Shown here piece by piece: positions 1 through 8,048 of a DNA stretch of 29,184 nt. The notes under the pieces were generated by a model. The model was not told where the DNA came from and made no database searches. It saw only the letters and a program-made list of their open reading frames with translations. The stretch's first letter is position 1. Each line of letters starts with the position of its first letter. The translations under genes were made by a program, and so were the position numbers. The stretch is taken from IMG/VR virus record IMGVR_UViG_3300037524_000729, positions 1-29,184 of that record. One strand, 5' to 3'. The stretch is from a virus (Duplodnaviria; Caudoviricetes).

Positions 1-1
1 G

Positions 2-175
2 ATCCGCTACACCGACAGCGACATCAGGGAGTATCTCGACCGATGCGTTTCTACCTCAGAGAGCGAGGCGGGATCTGGTACATCTGCTGGACCGAGCGAG
101 GAATTCCGCGACGTGTCAGCACTCGCCTTAGAGATCGCGGGCAGGCGGAGCTCGCGCTCGCCCGCCACGTCCTGA
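2..175 (+). CDS. 3' part of probable excisionase / HTH DNA-binding protein (truncated by window edge)
   Basis: Frame 2 is open from the window start (IRYTDSDIREYLDRCVSTSES...PATS*, TGA at 173-175). 'RYxxxDIxxYL' resembles the C-terminal end of HTH_17/Xis-type domains, and the ORF overlaps the integrase start. Confidence 0.55.
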   Translation: MRYTDSDIREYLDRCVSTSESEAGSGTSAGPSEEFRDVSALALEIAGRRSSRSPATS

Positions 176-1206
176 TCCATGCGAACCCGCGGCACCAGCC
201 GGCCGAGGTTGTCACCGTGCAGTCGGTCGTGCTCCGCTACTGGCAGCACCACGGTCGGCAGATTGCCAGCCGCGACAGCGTGACGGCCGCGCTCAAGGCC
301 GTGAATACCTACCTCGAGCGCGTCACGGTCGCGGAGTTTGGCCTGAAGCGCCAGGAAGCCTTCGTGCGTGCGCTGCGGTCAGACGGGCTTTCACCCGGAA
401 CCGTGAAACGCTGGGTCGGCGTGGTCGGCACGGCGCTGCGCTGGGCGCATGCACGCCAGGAGATCACGGACATCCCGCCCATGATTCGGGTGAAGGCGGC
501 TGACGGCGATGGCGTCCGGCCGTTGTCGGTGGCGGAGCTGCGCGATCTTTGCGCAGCCTGCTTGCATGACCACCAGCGAATCTTCGTGCTACTGGCGATT
601 GGCACGGCGGCACGACCGGGCGCGCTGGTGGATCTCACCTGGGACCGGGTCGACTTCCAGACTGGAACGATCGCCCAGGCGGTGCCCGGGGTCGACCACG
701 GGAACAAGCGACGGCCGAGGGTGCCGATGCCGGCTAGCGTGAAGACGTATCTCGAGGACAAGAAATCGGTGGGGCCGGTGATCCAGTGGAACGGGCGCGC
801 GCTGACGGATCACAAGAGGCTTTACGCGGGGCTCGCGGAGCGGGCGGGCGTCGAGGTCACGGCCTACGGGATACGCAAGGCGTGCGCGACGTGGATGAGG
901 CGGGAGGGTGTTCCGGAATGGGACGTGCTGGGGATGCTAGGCCACCGAGCTGGCGGCTCGCAGACGGAGCGGTATGCGCACTGGCGGCCCGAGTTCATGC
1001 GGGCGGCTAGCGAGTCGCTCGAGAGGTTGATCCGGGCGGTGAACCCGCCCTGGCTTGCCAGTCCCTTGCCAGCGATCCCGGCTGGCTTCGTGCAAGTGCT
1101 TGATGGGACTGGTGGGCGCACGTGGGATCGAACCACGGACCCCTACCATGTCAAGGACGGGGCCCAGCCGATTATTCTACCACTTACGGCAGCAAACGAC
1201 GACTAG
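43..1206 (+). CDS. int: Tyrosine recombinase / phage integrase (387 aa)
   Basis: N-terminal arm-binding-like segment (GIWYICWTERG..RRVST). Catalytic-type motifs GTAARPGAL (R), YGIRK (HxxR position), LGH and TERYAH (Y nucleophile). Confidence 0.93.
   Translation: MRFYLRERGGIWYICWTERGIPRRVSTRLRDRGQAELALARHVLIHANPRHQPAEVVTVQSVVLRYWQHHGRQIASRDSVTAALKAVNTYLERVTVAEFGLKRQEAFVRALRSDGLSPGTVKRWVGVVGTALRWAHARQEITDIPPMIRVKAADGDGVRPLSVAELRDLCAACLHDHQRIFVLLAIGTAARPGALVDLTWDRVDFQTGTIAQAVPGVDHGNKRRPRVPMPASVKTYLEDKKSVGPVIQWNGRALTDHKRLYAGLAERAGVEVTAYGIRKACATWMRREGVPEWDVLGMLGHRAGGSQTERYAHWRPEFMRAASESLERLIRAVNPPWLASPLPAIPAGFVQVLDGTGGRTWDRTTDPYHVKDGAQPIILPLTAANDD
1093..1105 (-). promoter_or_regulatory. IHF-binding-like site in attP left arm
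   Basis: The reverse complement CATCAAGCACTTG matches WATCAANNNNTTR except at the first base. Confidence 0.6.
1110..1156 (-). other. attP: attP core: 3' fragment of tRNA-Val(GAC), lying inside the integrase ORF
   Basis: The reverse complement reads CC-TTGACAT-GGTAG-GGGTC-CGTGG-TTCGATC-CCACG-TGCGCCC-A-CCA. This gives an anticodon loop with GAC, a T-arm, the acceptor 3' strand and CCA. The 5' half of the tRNA is absent. Confidence 0.9.
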
Positions 1207-1218
1207 CGCCTACTGCGG

Positions 1219-1231
1219 AATCAATGACTTG
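1219..1231 (+). promoter_or_regulatory. IHF-binding consensus site in attP right arm
   Basis: AATCAATGACTTG is a perfect match to WATCAANNNNTTR. Confidence 0.7.
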
Positions 1232-1266
1232 GCAACGGGCACTTGCCAGTCCCTTGCCAGCGGCCC

Positions 1267-1509
1267 CTAAGGCACCCTGACCAGCTCCCGCACGCACGCC
1301 TGGCGCGCCTTGAAGCACTCGATTGCCTCACCCCGTTCACGCCACTGCACGGCCAGCTCGCCATTGGTCGCGGGCACGCCCTCCGGCGCCGGGCACTCGG
1401 TGACGCACAGCGAGGGCACCGTGGCCGGTACGGGCTTCTCGATCACCCGCTCGGTGACGCAGCCGGCGAGCAGCGCTACAGCGGGCAGGAGATACGTTGC
1501 TCGGACCAT
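1267..1509 (-). CDS. Outer-membrane lipoprotein spanin (o-spanin, Rz1-like)
   Basis: Start re-called at ATG 1509: MVRATYLLPAVALLAG-C lipobox. The Pro/Cys-rich body (CVTECPAPEG) overlaps the 3' end of the i-spanin. Confidence 0.85.
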   Translation of the reverse strand: MVRATYLLPAVALLAGCVTERVIEKPVPATVPSLCVTECPAPEGVPATNGELAVQWRERGEAIECFKARQACVRELVRVP

Positions 1510-1922
1510 GCCTTGCACTCCGGATCGGTCTGGGTCGCTTCTCGGTACTTCGCCCGCCACGCCGCGGCATCGGCCCGGGCCTTCTCCTCGGCCCGCCTGA
1601 GCGCCTCAGCGGCCTCCAGGGCGCGCGTCTCGGCCTCGGCTCGTGCTTGCTCGGCCGCCTCCTCCGCGCGTCGTGCGCAGGCTGAGCCGACCGCGCAGGT
1701 CCGCTCCTGCTCGAGTTCGGCCTGCACGGTCGGCAGCAACTGGTGCGACTCGTGCCAGGTCGTCAAGCGCTGCCAGAAGACGCCGGCCACGGCCGCCAGC
1801 CCGATCCAGACGAGCATCCGCCACTGGCGGAAGTACACCGCGAGCCCTGCGGCGACGGCGCAGGCGACCAGGAACGCCACCAGACCCCACGGGATGCCGG
1901 CGAGCCAGGCGAGGAGCTTCAC
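1476..1922 (-). CDS. Inner-membrane spanin (i-spanin, Rz-like)
   Basis: Hydrophobic N-terminal membrane segments, an Ala/Glu/Arg coiled-coil and C-terminal cysteines (DPECKAWSEQRISCPL). It lies in the lysis cassette. Confidence 0.8.
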   Translation of the reverse strand: MKLLAWLAGIPWGLVAFLVACAVAAGLAVYFRQWRMLVWIGLAAVAGVFWQRLTTWHESHQLLPTVQAELEQERTCAVGSACARRAEEAAEQARAEAETRALEAAEALRRAEEKARADAAAWRAKYREATQTDPECKAWSEQRISCPL

Positions 1923-2137
1923 TCCTCAACCTCCGGCGCGCCCGCGATCAGCCCGATCACCCGGGAGATCGACAGCTCGGCTTGGGTGATCTCGTGCACG
2001 ACGGCCTCCCGATGCCGCTCGAGGTTCGCGGTGCGGGCCAGCTCTCGGACGCGGTTCATGTGCGCGAGCGCGGATGCCAGATGGTCGGACAGGGTGATCG
2101 TGCTACCCATTCGGCGACTCCGGCGCGGCGACGGCAT
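1919..2137 (-). CDS. Small hypothetical protein in lysis cassette (start may be ~2110)
   Basis: Fills the gap between holin and i-spanin, with a 4-nt stop/start overlap at 1919-1922. Helical amphipathic sequence. Confidence 0.5.
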   Translation of the reverse strand: MPSPRRSRRMGSTITLSDHLASALAHMNRVRELARTANLERHREAVVHEITQAELSISRVIGLIAGAPEVEE

Positions 2138-2342
2138 TGCGCTGCCGCGCGAACCAGAAGGCGATAGTCATTGTGAATGCGGCGCCGAGTACGCCGACCA
2201 TCGTGTCGATGATACGAAGCCGCTCCGGGTCGATCTCGTGAGGGGAAAACCACGCGAGGTACAGCGCGACGTGGAATCCGATGAACAGCAGTATCGACAG
2301 GACGATCTGCGCGATCATGGTGATCCGGTCGGTGGTGCTCAT
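2103..2342 (-). CDS. Putative holin, two transmembrane helices (79 aa)
   Basis: Start re-called at ATG 2342, overlapping the endolysin stop. TM1 is IAQIVLSILLFIGFHVALYLAW and TM2 is MVGVLGAAFTMTIAFWF, followed by a basic tail. Confidence 0.7.
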   Translation of the reverse strand: MSTTDRITMIAQIVLSILLFIGFHVALYLAWFSPHEIDPERLRIIDTMVGVLGAAFTMTIAFWFARQRNAVAAPESPNG

Positions 2343-2803
2343 GGGTACACCCCCTGCGGCAACTCGAAGTGAGGCATGTCCACAAACGCCTTGCGGCCGG
2401 CGGCCCGACGCGAGGCGACGTACTCGGCCACGAGCACGTTCGGCGTCTTGTCGGTCGTGTCGAGCCGCAGCCAGCAGCCGCCCCAGCGCACCGGGATGGC
2501 GAGCGCCTTCGACGCGCGCTGGAAAGCGGCAGCGATCGGGTAGTAGAGACCGGCGTCCCATCGCACCTCGCCGACCCACGCCGCGCAGTCGATCGCGTGC
2601 CCGGTGATGTGCCGGGAGTCCATTGTCTGCGAGGCCCCGGCCGCGACCAGCTCGCGCTGGCGGGCGACTGTGCGCAGGCCCTCGATCACGGTGAAATCCT
2701 GCGATGACTCGCGCAGCGCCTCGCGCGCGAGCCGCACCAGGTCGGGATGCACGCCCTTGAGCCTTTCGAGGCTGCGCTTGCCGAACGTGAACGCGCTACT
2801 CAT
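2339..2803 (-). CDS. Endolysin, M15-family (L-Ala-D-Glu) peptidase
   Basis: Motifs SLERLKGVHPDL, EGLRT..RQ..L, SRHITGHAID (Zn ligands H, D), RWGG.W and FVDMPHFEL. Confidence 0.92.
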   Translation of the reverse strand: MSSAFTFGKRSLERLKGVHPDLVRLAREALRESSQDFTVIEGLRTVARQRELVAAGASQTMDSRHITGHAIDCAAWVGEVRWDAGLYYPIAAAFQRASKALAIPVRWGGCWLRLDTTDKTPNVLVAEYVASRRAAGRKAFVDMPHFELPQGVYP

Positions 2804-3126
2804 CGCTTCGGCAGCCTCTGCAGGATCTCCCGGTTCTGCGCCTCGAGCACGTCGAGCCGCTTGGCAATGTCGGCTTTCAGCTCGTCGCGGTCGCGCCGGG
2901 TTGCCGCCACGTCCGACTCGAGTACTCGAAGCCGCGCGTCAGCGTCGGGAGTGATACGGAGGTTGCTCAGCTCCTCGATCTGCGCCCGCATCGCGGCTAT
3001 TTCTTCCCCCTGATGCGACATCTGCGCCGACATTGATCCCCACGCCACAGCCACGGCGACCACTGCCGCGACAAGCGTCAGCAGGTCGCCGGTGCTGAAG
3101 AAGCGCAAGTACTTCGGGTGATCCAT
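2800..3126 (-). CDS. Single-TM coiled-coil membrane protein (holin/antiholin-like) preceding the endolysin
   Basis: One hydrophobic helix (LLTLVAAVVAVAVAWG) followed by a coiled-coil, with ATGA overlap onto the endolysin. Confidence 0.6.
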   Translation of the reverse strand: MDHPKYLRFFSTGDLLTLVAAVVAVAVAWGSMSAQMSHQGEEIAAMRAQIEELSNLRITPDADARLRVLESDVAATRRDRDELKADIAKRLDVLEAQNREILQRLPKR

Positions 3127-3140
3127 TGGTCTTTTCCTTC

Positions 3141-4247
3141 TCAGAACGGAATGACTGGGACGATGGCCGGGAAGATCAGCGTGATCGCGATTCGGCGGAT
3201 GTTGGCGTCTGTGGACGACGGCGCCACAATCTCGACCAGGCTTCCCTGCGCAAGGTCTTCGGTCGTTCCGGTCGTGCTGAACGTAAACGTCCCGTCAGTG
3301 GCGACGGTGATGGAGCCGATCGACGACCCGTCAACCTTCACGTCCATCACGAAGCTCGAGGACGGGTTGACCCCAACCGCGCCAACGGAGGCGACGAAGT
3401 CGTCCGGAATCCTGAAATCGCCGGGCACCACGTAGGCAAGGAGCACCTCGCTGCTGGTGGGCGCTGCGGCTTTGTAAAGCGGGATGCGGAGGCCAGGGTC
3501 GAGCGGTGCGTAGACGATCGGGCCGAGTGCCGTCACCGTCCAGAACGCAGAGACGGAGTTGAGCCAGATGATGTCGCCCACGGCGACGCTCACCTGTTCC
3601 CAGCTCGTGCCGTTGTAATAGGCCAGGTTGCCTCGGGTCCAGCCCGACCAGGCGCCGGACGGGGAGGCGCCGCCGAGGTTGATGAGGTCCATGCGCCCGG
3701 TCGCGGGCGACCCCACGGGCGAGCCGCGCTGCGAGGTCACGTAGAACACTCGCCGCTCGCTCAGGTAGCTCGAGCCGCCCGAGGCCGGGGCGGCGACCCA
3801 CTCGTTGTTCGCGGCATCCCAGGTCAGCACGTCGCCGTCGTCGGGCTCTGGTGACGCCGGTACGTTGACGTCGGTCAGGTCGGCGAGTGCGCCGCCGCCG
3901 CTGCCGGACTGGAAGATGGCCCAGCTCAGCGGGGAATCAGACTCGCAGCGGTAGTGCTCGCCGTCGCCCTGGTTGTACACCAGCCACCCGGCCGCCGGTG
4001 TCAGGAACGTCCACCCGCCGCCGATCAGTACTGCGAGTTCCTGCGCGTGTCCGACCCACGCGCCGGTCGGGGCTGCGCCCACCAGGTAGGCATCGCCGTC
4101 GGCCGGGGAGCCCGGCGGCGTGTTGGTCTGCGAAATCACCGCCGCCTGCACCAGCGCGTCGAGCCGACGCAGCGCGGTGTTCACGGTGACATGCGGCTGC
4201 GCCTGGCTGGCGATCAGTTCGGGCAGGGACAGGTTCGGCGTGGTCAT
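3141..4247 (-). CDS. Tail fibre / receptor-binding protein with N-terminal DUF2793 domain
   Basis: TTPNLSLPELIASQAQPHVTVNTALRRLDALVQ...PTGAWVGHAQELA...GGWTFLTPAAGW is the typical GTA-like DUF2793 N-terminus. It also has a LADLTDV..DGDVLTWD linker and is the last gene of the tail module. Confidence 0.85.
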   Translation of the reverse strand: MTTPNLSLPELIASQAQPHVTVNTALRRLDALVQAAVISQTNTPPGSPADGDAYLVGAAPTGAWVGHAQELAVLIGGGWTFLTPAAGWLVYNQGDGEHYRCESDSPLSWAIFQSGSGGGALADLTDVNVPASPEPDDGDVLTWDAANNEWVAAPASGGSSYLSERRVFYVTSQRGSPVGSPATGRMDLINLGGASPSGAWSGWTRGNLAYYNGTSWEQVSVAVGDIIWLNSVSAFWTVTALGPIVYAPLDPGLRIPLYKAAAPTSSEVLLAYVVPGDFRIPDDFVASVGAVGVNPSSSFVMDVKVDGSSIGSITVATDGTFTFSTTGTTEDLAQGSLVEIVAPSSTDANIRRIAITLIFPAIVPVIPF

Positions 4248-7200
4248 ACGATGGCCTCGGCGGCATAGCCCCGGCCGACGACGGCCGAGCGCTGGTAGAT
4301 GCGAACGGTGACGGTGTCAGGCACGGGGCTCCCGAAGTCCTCGGCCTGCTGCGCCTCGGTGTATGTCACGGACGGCGTCGAGGCCGTCAGGGTGCGCAGC
4401 ACCTCGGGCGGGCTGTCGGTCGAGAGGATGTCGACCTCGTAGGACTCCGATGCCTCGCTCATCGGGATGTCGGTGTTCGCCGGCAGCTCCTGGCCGAGCC
4501 GGTCACGGCGGGTCCACGTGATCGTCAGGTCGCCCGCCTCGTCGCGTGCGCCCTCGACGTGCACCCCGGCGAAGGGCTCGAGCGCCACGCCGCGGCCCGT
4601 GAAGGCGACGGCCGTCGTGCCCTCGAGCGTGGTGCCGACGAGCACGGGCTTGTGGAGCCGCTCGGCACCAATCGCGGAGACGTTCTGCGGCACGCGGGCG
4701 ATCGTCGAGTCGAGCAGCACGAAACGGTCGCCGGCCTGGCTCAGCCCCATCGCCCATTCGGTGCCGCGCCGGCCGCGCAGCAGGCCGGTGAGCCGCCAGA
4801 TGGGAGGGCTGCCGGTCAGCTCGGCGTCGCGGAACTGGATGACCTCCCAGCGGCCGTCGGCACCGATTGCAGCGGCGTTCAGCCCGGCGAGCAGCGAGGT
4901 CTCGCTCACGGATTCGAGAGCGTCCGTCGCCAGCCCGTCGACGAACAACTCGTTGCCCTCGTCGATGACCGTCGTGGGCCCGGCTGGCAGCGGGTCCACC
5001 ACGTCGCCGATCGTCGCCTCGAGCGTGAACGTGGCAACGGAATCGTAGGTGGTGCCGCCGTCCGGCGAGCGGTACAGGACGGCGCCGCCGAAGGACGTGG
5101 AGCCGGTCGCCTGCACCGCCGCGTAGTAGCCGGCGTCGTTGTCCGCGTCCCGCAGCAGCGGCAGGTCGAGCAGCACCAGGTCGGCCGTGCCGGGCACGGA
5201 GATGTTCGAGCCCGTCGTGCCCGAGTAGGCCGCTGGTGCGCCGACCGCGTAGGACTCGTACACGCCGTCGTCATCGCGGACGAGCGCGAGACGAATGAGG
5301 CCCGGCAGGCTGTAGTCGGTATCGACGATGCGCAGCCGCTCCATCCGCCCGTCTACCGGCGCCTCGACGGCATCGGCCGGCTCGAGCGCGAGGAAGGACT
5401 GGTCGACGGTGGTCTCGTAGCGGTTGCGCGAGATCCACGCATCGTAGAGCAGCACCTCGGCCGTCTGCGCCGCGCGGTTGTCGCTCATGGCGATCGCGAG
5501 CTCGACGTCCTGCACCTGGTCGGTGCCGACGCTCAGGCGGGAGGCGCCCTGCTCGCCAGCCTCGTAGTTCATGTCCACCTGGGCGTAGTGCACGCGCAGC
5601 CGGCGCGGGAGTTCGACCTCCTGCGTGCGCGTGACCTGTATGGCCGCCGGTCGCTGGCCGCCGGCCTCGTGCGCACCAAGGTCGTCGGAGGTGAAGCTCG
5701 CGACAATCGCCTTGCCGCGCGTCGGCCACTTGAGGACGCCACCGGACTCGACGCAGTCGAACATCCCGACCGAGCGCAGCGGCGAGATCGCGTCGCGCCC
5801 GCTCATCACGCGGGTGATCGCGTAGCCGTAGACAGGCTGCGTCAGGTCCGTCGTGTCGACCACTTCGCTCGCGAGCCCGCAGCGGCGGCAGACATCGCGG
5901 ACGATCGTCCCAAGCGTGGTGATCGACGGGTCTGTCTCGTAGGCGTCGAACTCGACCGCCCAGCCGCGATCCTGAATGTTCGGGTAGCGGAGGCTCGCGT
6001 TTGAGTCCTCGTAGGTCCAGCCGGACGGCGCGTGACCGGCAGCGACTGCCTGCGCGTAGAGGTCGTCCCAGAACTCCTGCGAGTCCGCCAGCGGATCGTC
6101 GGCCGGGATCAGGTACTCGCTGCGCGGCACGCCGGCAAACCCGTACTCAAGTGGGCGACGCTGCAAGTACCAACTGAACGTCCACTCGTTCGCGGGCCAG
6201 CCCGAACCGAAATCGAAAACGCGAAGTCCGGCTAGATCGCCGCCAAGGTCGGCCCATTCAGTATCGACGTGAAGCCACCAACCCTCGAACAGGAACCACT
6301 GCAGGTCGTCCGACCAGTCTTCGGCCATGTCTGGCAGCGGAACAGGCTCCTCCCATTGCCGCGCGCAGGGCACCACCGTGTCAGTGATCGAGAGCAGCTT
6401 GTGGATCGGGTCTTGACCGGGCTCCGGTGGCGCCGGATCGTAGTGATATCCGACTATGTTCGCCGGGCTGCCGAGGATTTCGTTGGCCGCCTCATAAGCC
6501 ACCCACTGACGCACCTGTGGCGCGAATGCGTCGTACTCGTTCGGGATGACATGAACCGGAGGACCGCCATAGGACGCGTGACCACTAGGTGTATTCGAGA
6601 ACACTTTACTGACCGCGCTTCCTCCGACGCAGAACAGCAGCCCGAGCATCATCCGATTAGGCTCTGACGTGACCTGCGGCGTCGATGAAACGCTTGGATA
6701 AAACGGCCCAGGACGCTGTCCTGCTTGGGCCGGTGTAGGCAAGCCGTCAGTCCAAGCTGTCACATCGCTGGAATAGGTGACTCCGCCGTTGGCTGCTCCG
6801 CGGGCGGCAAGAACTTCTCCGAGGTTGCCGCTCCACGTGCCGAGGTTTGTGCCTGGGTTCCAAGTCGTGTTGTACAAAAGCGCTGCGCCGAACGGCCTGG
6901 GGTCGCCGCTTTCGCTGTCCCAATCCCAGTGCGGCACCCACCCGGCGCTGTACAGGCCGACGGTGACCGGGACCGATGCGCCGGCAATCTCGAAGCGGAA
7001 ATTCGGGACGCGGTTGCCGTAGTCGGCGAGCTGGAACTCGCTAAACACCACGTAGGCGAGGCCGCGGAACGCGCTGACGTTGCCGACGCCCTCGAAGGAT
7101 TCGATGGTCGGATCGGCGAGCTGATCCTCGCCGCCGAGGTAAATCTCCATCCCGTCGAGCAGCGTCGCGTTGGCCTGGACGCGGGCGTTATAGCTCTCGG

Positions 7201-7642
7201 TCGTCTCACCTTCGAGCTGCGGCCGGGCGTCATAGATCAGCTTCGCGTCGGCCCAGATGCGGCGGATTCCGCTGATCGGTCCCTCGCACAGGCCGACGGC
7301 GCAGTTGACCGAGTAGGAGTACTCGCGCACGGTCTGTGTAGGGCCGCCTTTGCCGCCTTGGCGCCGCTCAGAGACCGCCTCGATGATGCCGCTTGACCAG
7401 ATGACGTTGCCGGCGATCGCATACGTGCCGTACACGATCGGGATCGGTGCGCCGACGGTCGAGGTCTGCACCGACAGATCGTTCAGCCGCGGCCCGTTGA
7501 CCGTGCCGAGATCGGTCGGGAACAGCGCGCTGCCGGCGAGCCCGCCGAGCTGGAAGCCCCACGCCGCACCAGTTGGGCCGCCGAACACAAAGCCGATCGC
7601 GGCGCCGCCAATCGAAAGGATGGCTTGCCCGGCGTTCGACAC
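4244..7642 (-). CDS. Large tail-tip / host-specificity protein (GTA megatron/gpJ-like, 1132 aa)
   Basis: GPRLNDLSVQTST.GAPIP.VYG, GLCEGPI..IRRIWAD.KL, AFRGLAYVVF..FQLADYGNR.PNF.FE, WEVIQF..AEL and LLRGRRGTE motifs, plus synteny after NlpC/P60. Confidence 0.9.
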   Translation of the reverse strand: MSNAGQAILSIGGAAIGFVFGGPTGAAWGFQLGGLAGSALFPTDLGTVNGPRLNDLSVQTSTVGAPIPIVYGTYAIAGNVIWSSGIIEAVSERRQGGKGGPTQTVREYSYSVNCAVGLCEGPISGIRRIWADAKLIYDARPQLEGETTESYNARVQANATLLDGMEIYLGGEDQLADPTIESFEGVGNVSAFRGLAYVVFSEFQLADYGNRVPNFRFEIAGASVPVTVGLYSAGWVPHWDWDSESGDPRPFGAALLYNTTWNPGTNLGTWSGNLGEVLAARGAANGGVTYSSDVTAWTDGLPTPAQAGQRPGPFYPSVSSTPQVTSEPNRMMLGLLFCVGGSAVSKVFSNTPSGHASYGGPPVHVIPNEYDAFAPQVRQWVAYEAANEILGSPANIVGYHYDPAPPEPGQDPIHKLLSITDTVVPCARQWEEPVPLPDMAEDWSDDLQWFLFEGWWLHVDTEWADLGGDLAGLRVFDFGSGWPANEWTFSWYLQRRPLEYGFAGVPRSEYLIPADDPLADSQEFWDDLYAQAVAAGHAPSGWTYEDSNASLRYPNIQDRGWAVEFDAYETDPSITTLGTIVRDVCRRCGLASEVVDTTDLTQPVYGYAITRVMSGRDAISPLRSVGMFDCVESGGVLKWPTRGKAIVASFTSDDLGAHEAGGQRPAAIQVTRTQEVELPRRLRVHYAQVDMNYEAGEQGASRLSVGTDQVQDVELAIAMSDNRAAQTAEVLLYDAWISRNRYETTVDQSFLALEPADAVEAPVDGRMERLRIVDTDYSLPGLIRLALVRDDDGVYESYAVGAPAAYSGTTGSNISVPGTADLVLLDLPLLRDADNDAGYYAAVQATGSTSFGGAVLYRSPDGGTTYDSVATFTLEATIGDVVDPLPAGPTTVIDEGNELFVDGLATDALESVSETSLLAGLNAAAIGADGRWEVIQFRDAELTGSPPIWRLTGLLRGRRGTEWAMGLSQAGDRFVLLDSTIARVPQNVSAIGAERLHKPVLVGTTLEGTTAVAFTGRGVALEPFAGVHVEGARDEAGDLTITWTRRDRLGQELPANTDIPMSEASESYEVDILSTDSPPEVLRTLTASTPSVTYTEAQQAEDFGSPVPDTVTVRIYQRSAVVGRGYAAEAIV

Positions 7643-7643
7643 G

Positions 7644-8048
7644 TCAGTACTCCACGCCCGGCAGCGCCCAGACGCTGTGCGTCATCCGCACCCAGCGCCC
7701 GCGGTAGCCGTGCTCGATGACGCGCCCCACGCGCTCGTAGGCGTGGATCATCGTCTCGCCGGCGCAGATGGCGACGTGAGCCGCGAGCCGGGTCCATGCG
7801 ATGACGATCAGCGACCCGGGCAGAGCACGCTCGAGCGGGCGGCACACGCCCTGCACGCGAGCGATCAGCTCACCCGTGGGCAGCCGGCCATAGTTCGCCA
7901 CGTCGAACTCCGGCCCGATCAGCCCGAGCGAGCGGCCGACGACGATCGGCAGGCCCACGCAGTCGATGCCGTGCCCGTCCCGGCCCTGGTGGCGGAACGG
8001 CACGTTGAGCCACTGACGGGCTTCGAGGATCACGCGCTCAGGGCTCAT
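7644..8048 (-). CDS. NlpC/P60 family tail-associated peptidase
   Basis: ARQWLNVPFRHQGR..GIDCVGL (catalytic Cys) and AHVAI...MIHAY (His). Confidence 0.92.
   Translation of the reverse strand: MSPERVILEARQWLNVPFRHQGRDGHGIDCVGLPIVVGRSLGLIGPEFDVANYGRLPTGELIARVQGVCRPLERALPGSLIVIAWTRLAAHVAICAGETMIHAYERVGRVIEHGYRGRWVRMTHSVWALPGVEY

Larger units (their letters stand above)
1054..1262. repeat. 21-bp direct repeat CTTGCCAGTCCCTTGCCAGCG (1054-1074 and 1242-1262), probable integrase arm-type sites
   Basis: Exact copies lie on both sides of the tRNA core, each a tandem of CTTGCCAG. An inverted TGGCAA lies at 1230-1235. Confidence 0.8.

Noticed and set aside
1110-1185. Complete tRNA-Val gene
   Set aside because: Only the anticodon loop to CCA is present. 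There is no D-arm or 5' acceptor strand, so it is an att core, not a functional tRNA.
1054-1262. CRISPR-like or insertion-sequence repeats
   Set aside because: Only two copies separated by ~167 bp, with no cas or transposase genes. They are better explained as integrase arm sites.
3141-7642. Diversity-generating retroelement or invertible tail-fibre cassette
   Set aside because: No reverse transcriptase or invertase in the window, and I saw no duplicated template/variable repeat by eye. A self dot-plot would be needed to exclude it fully.
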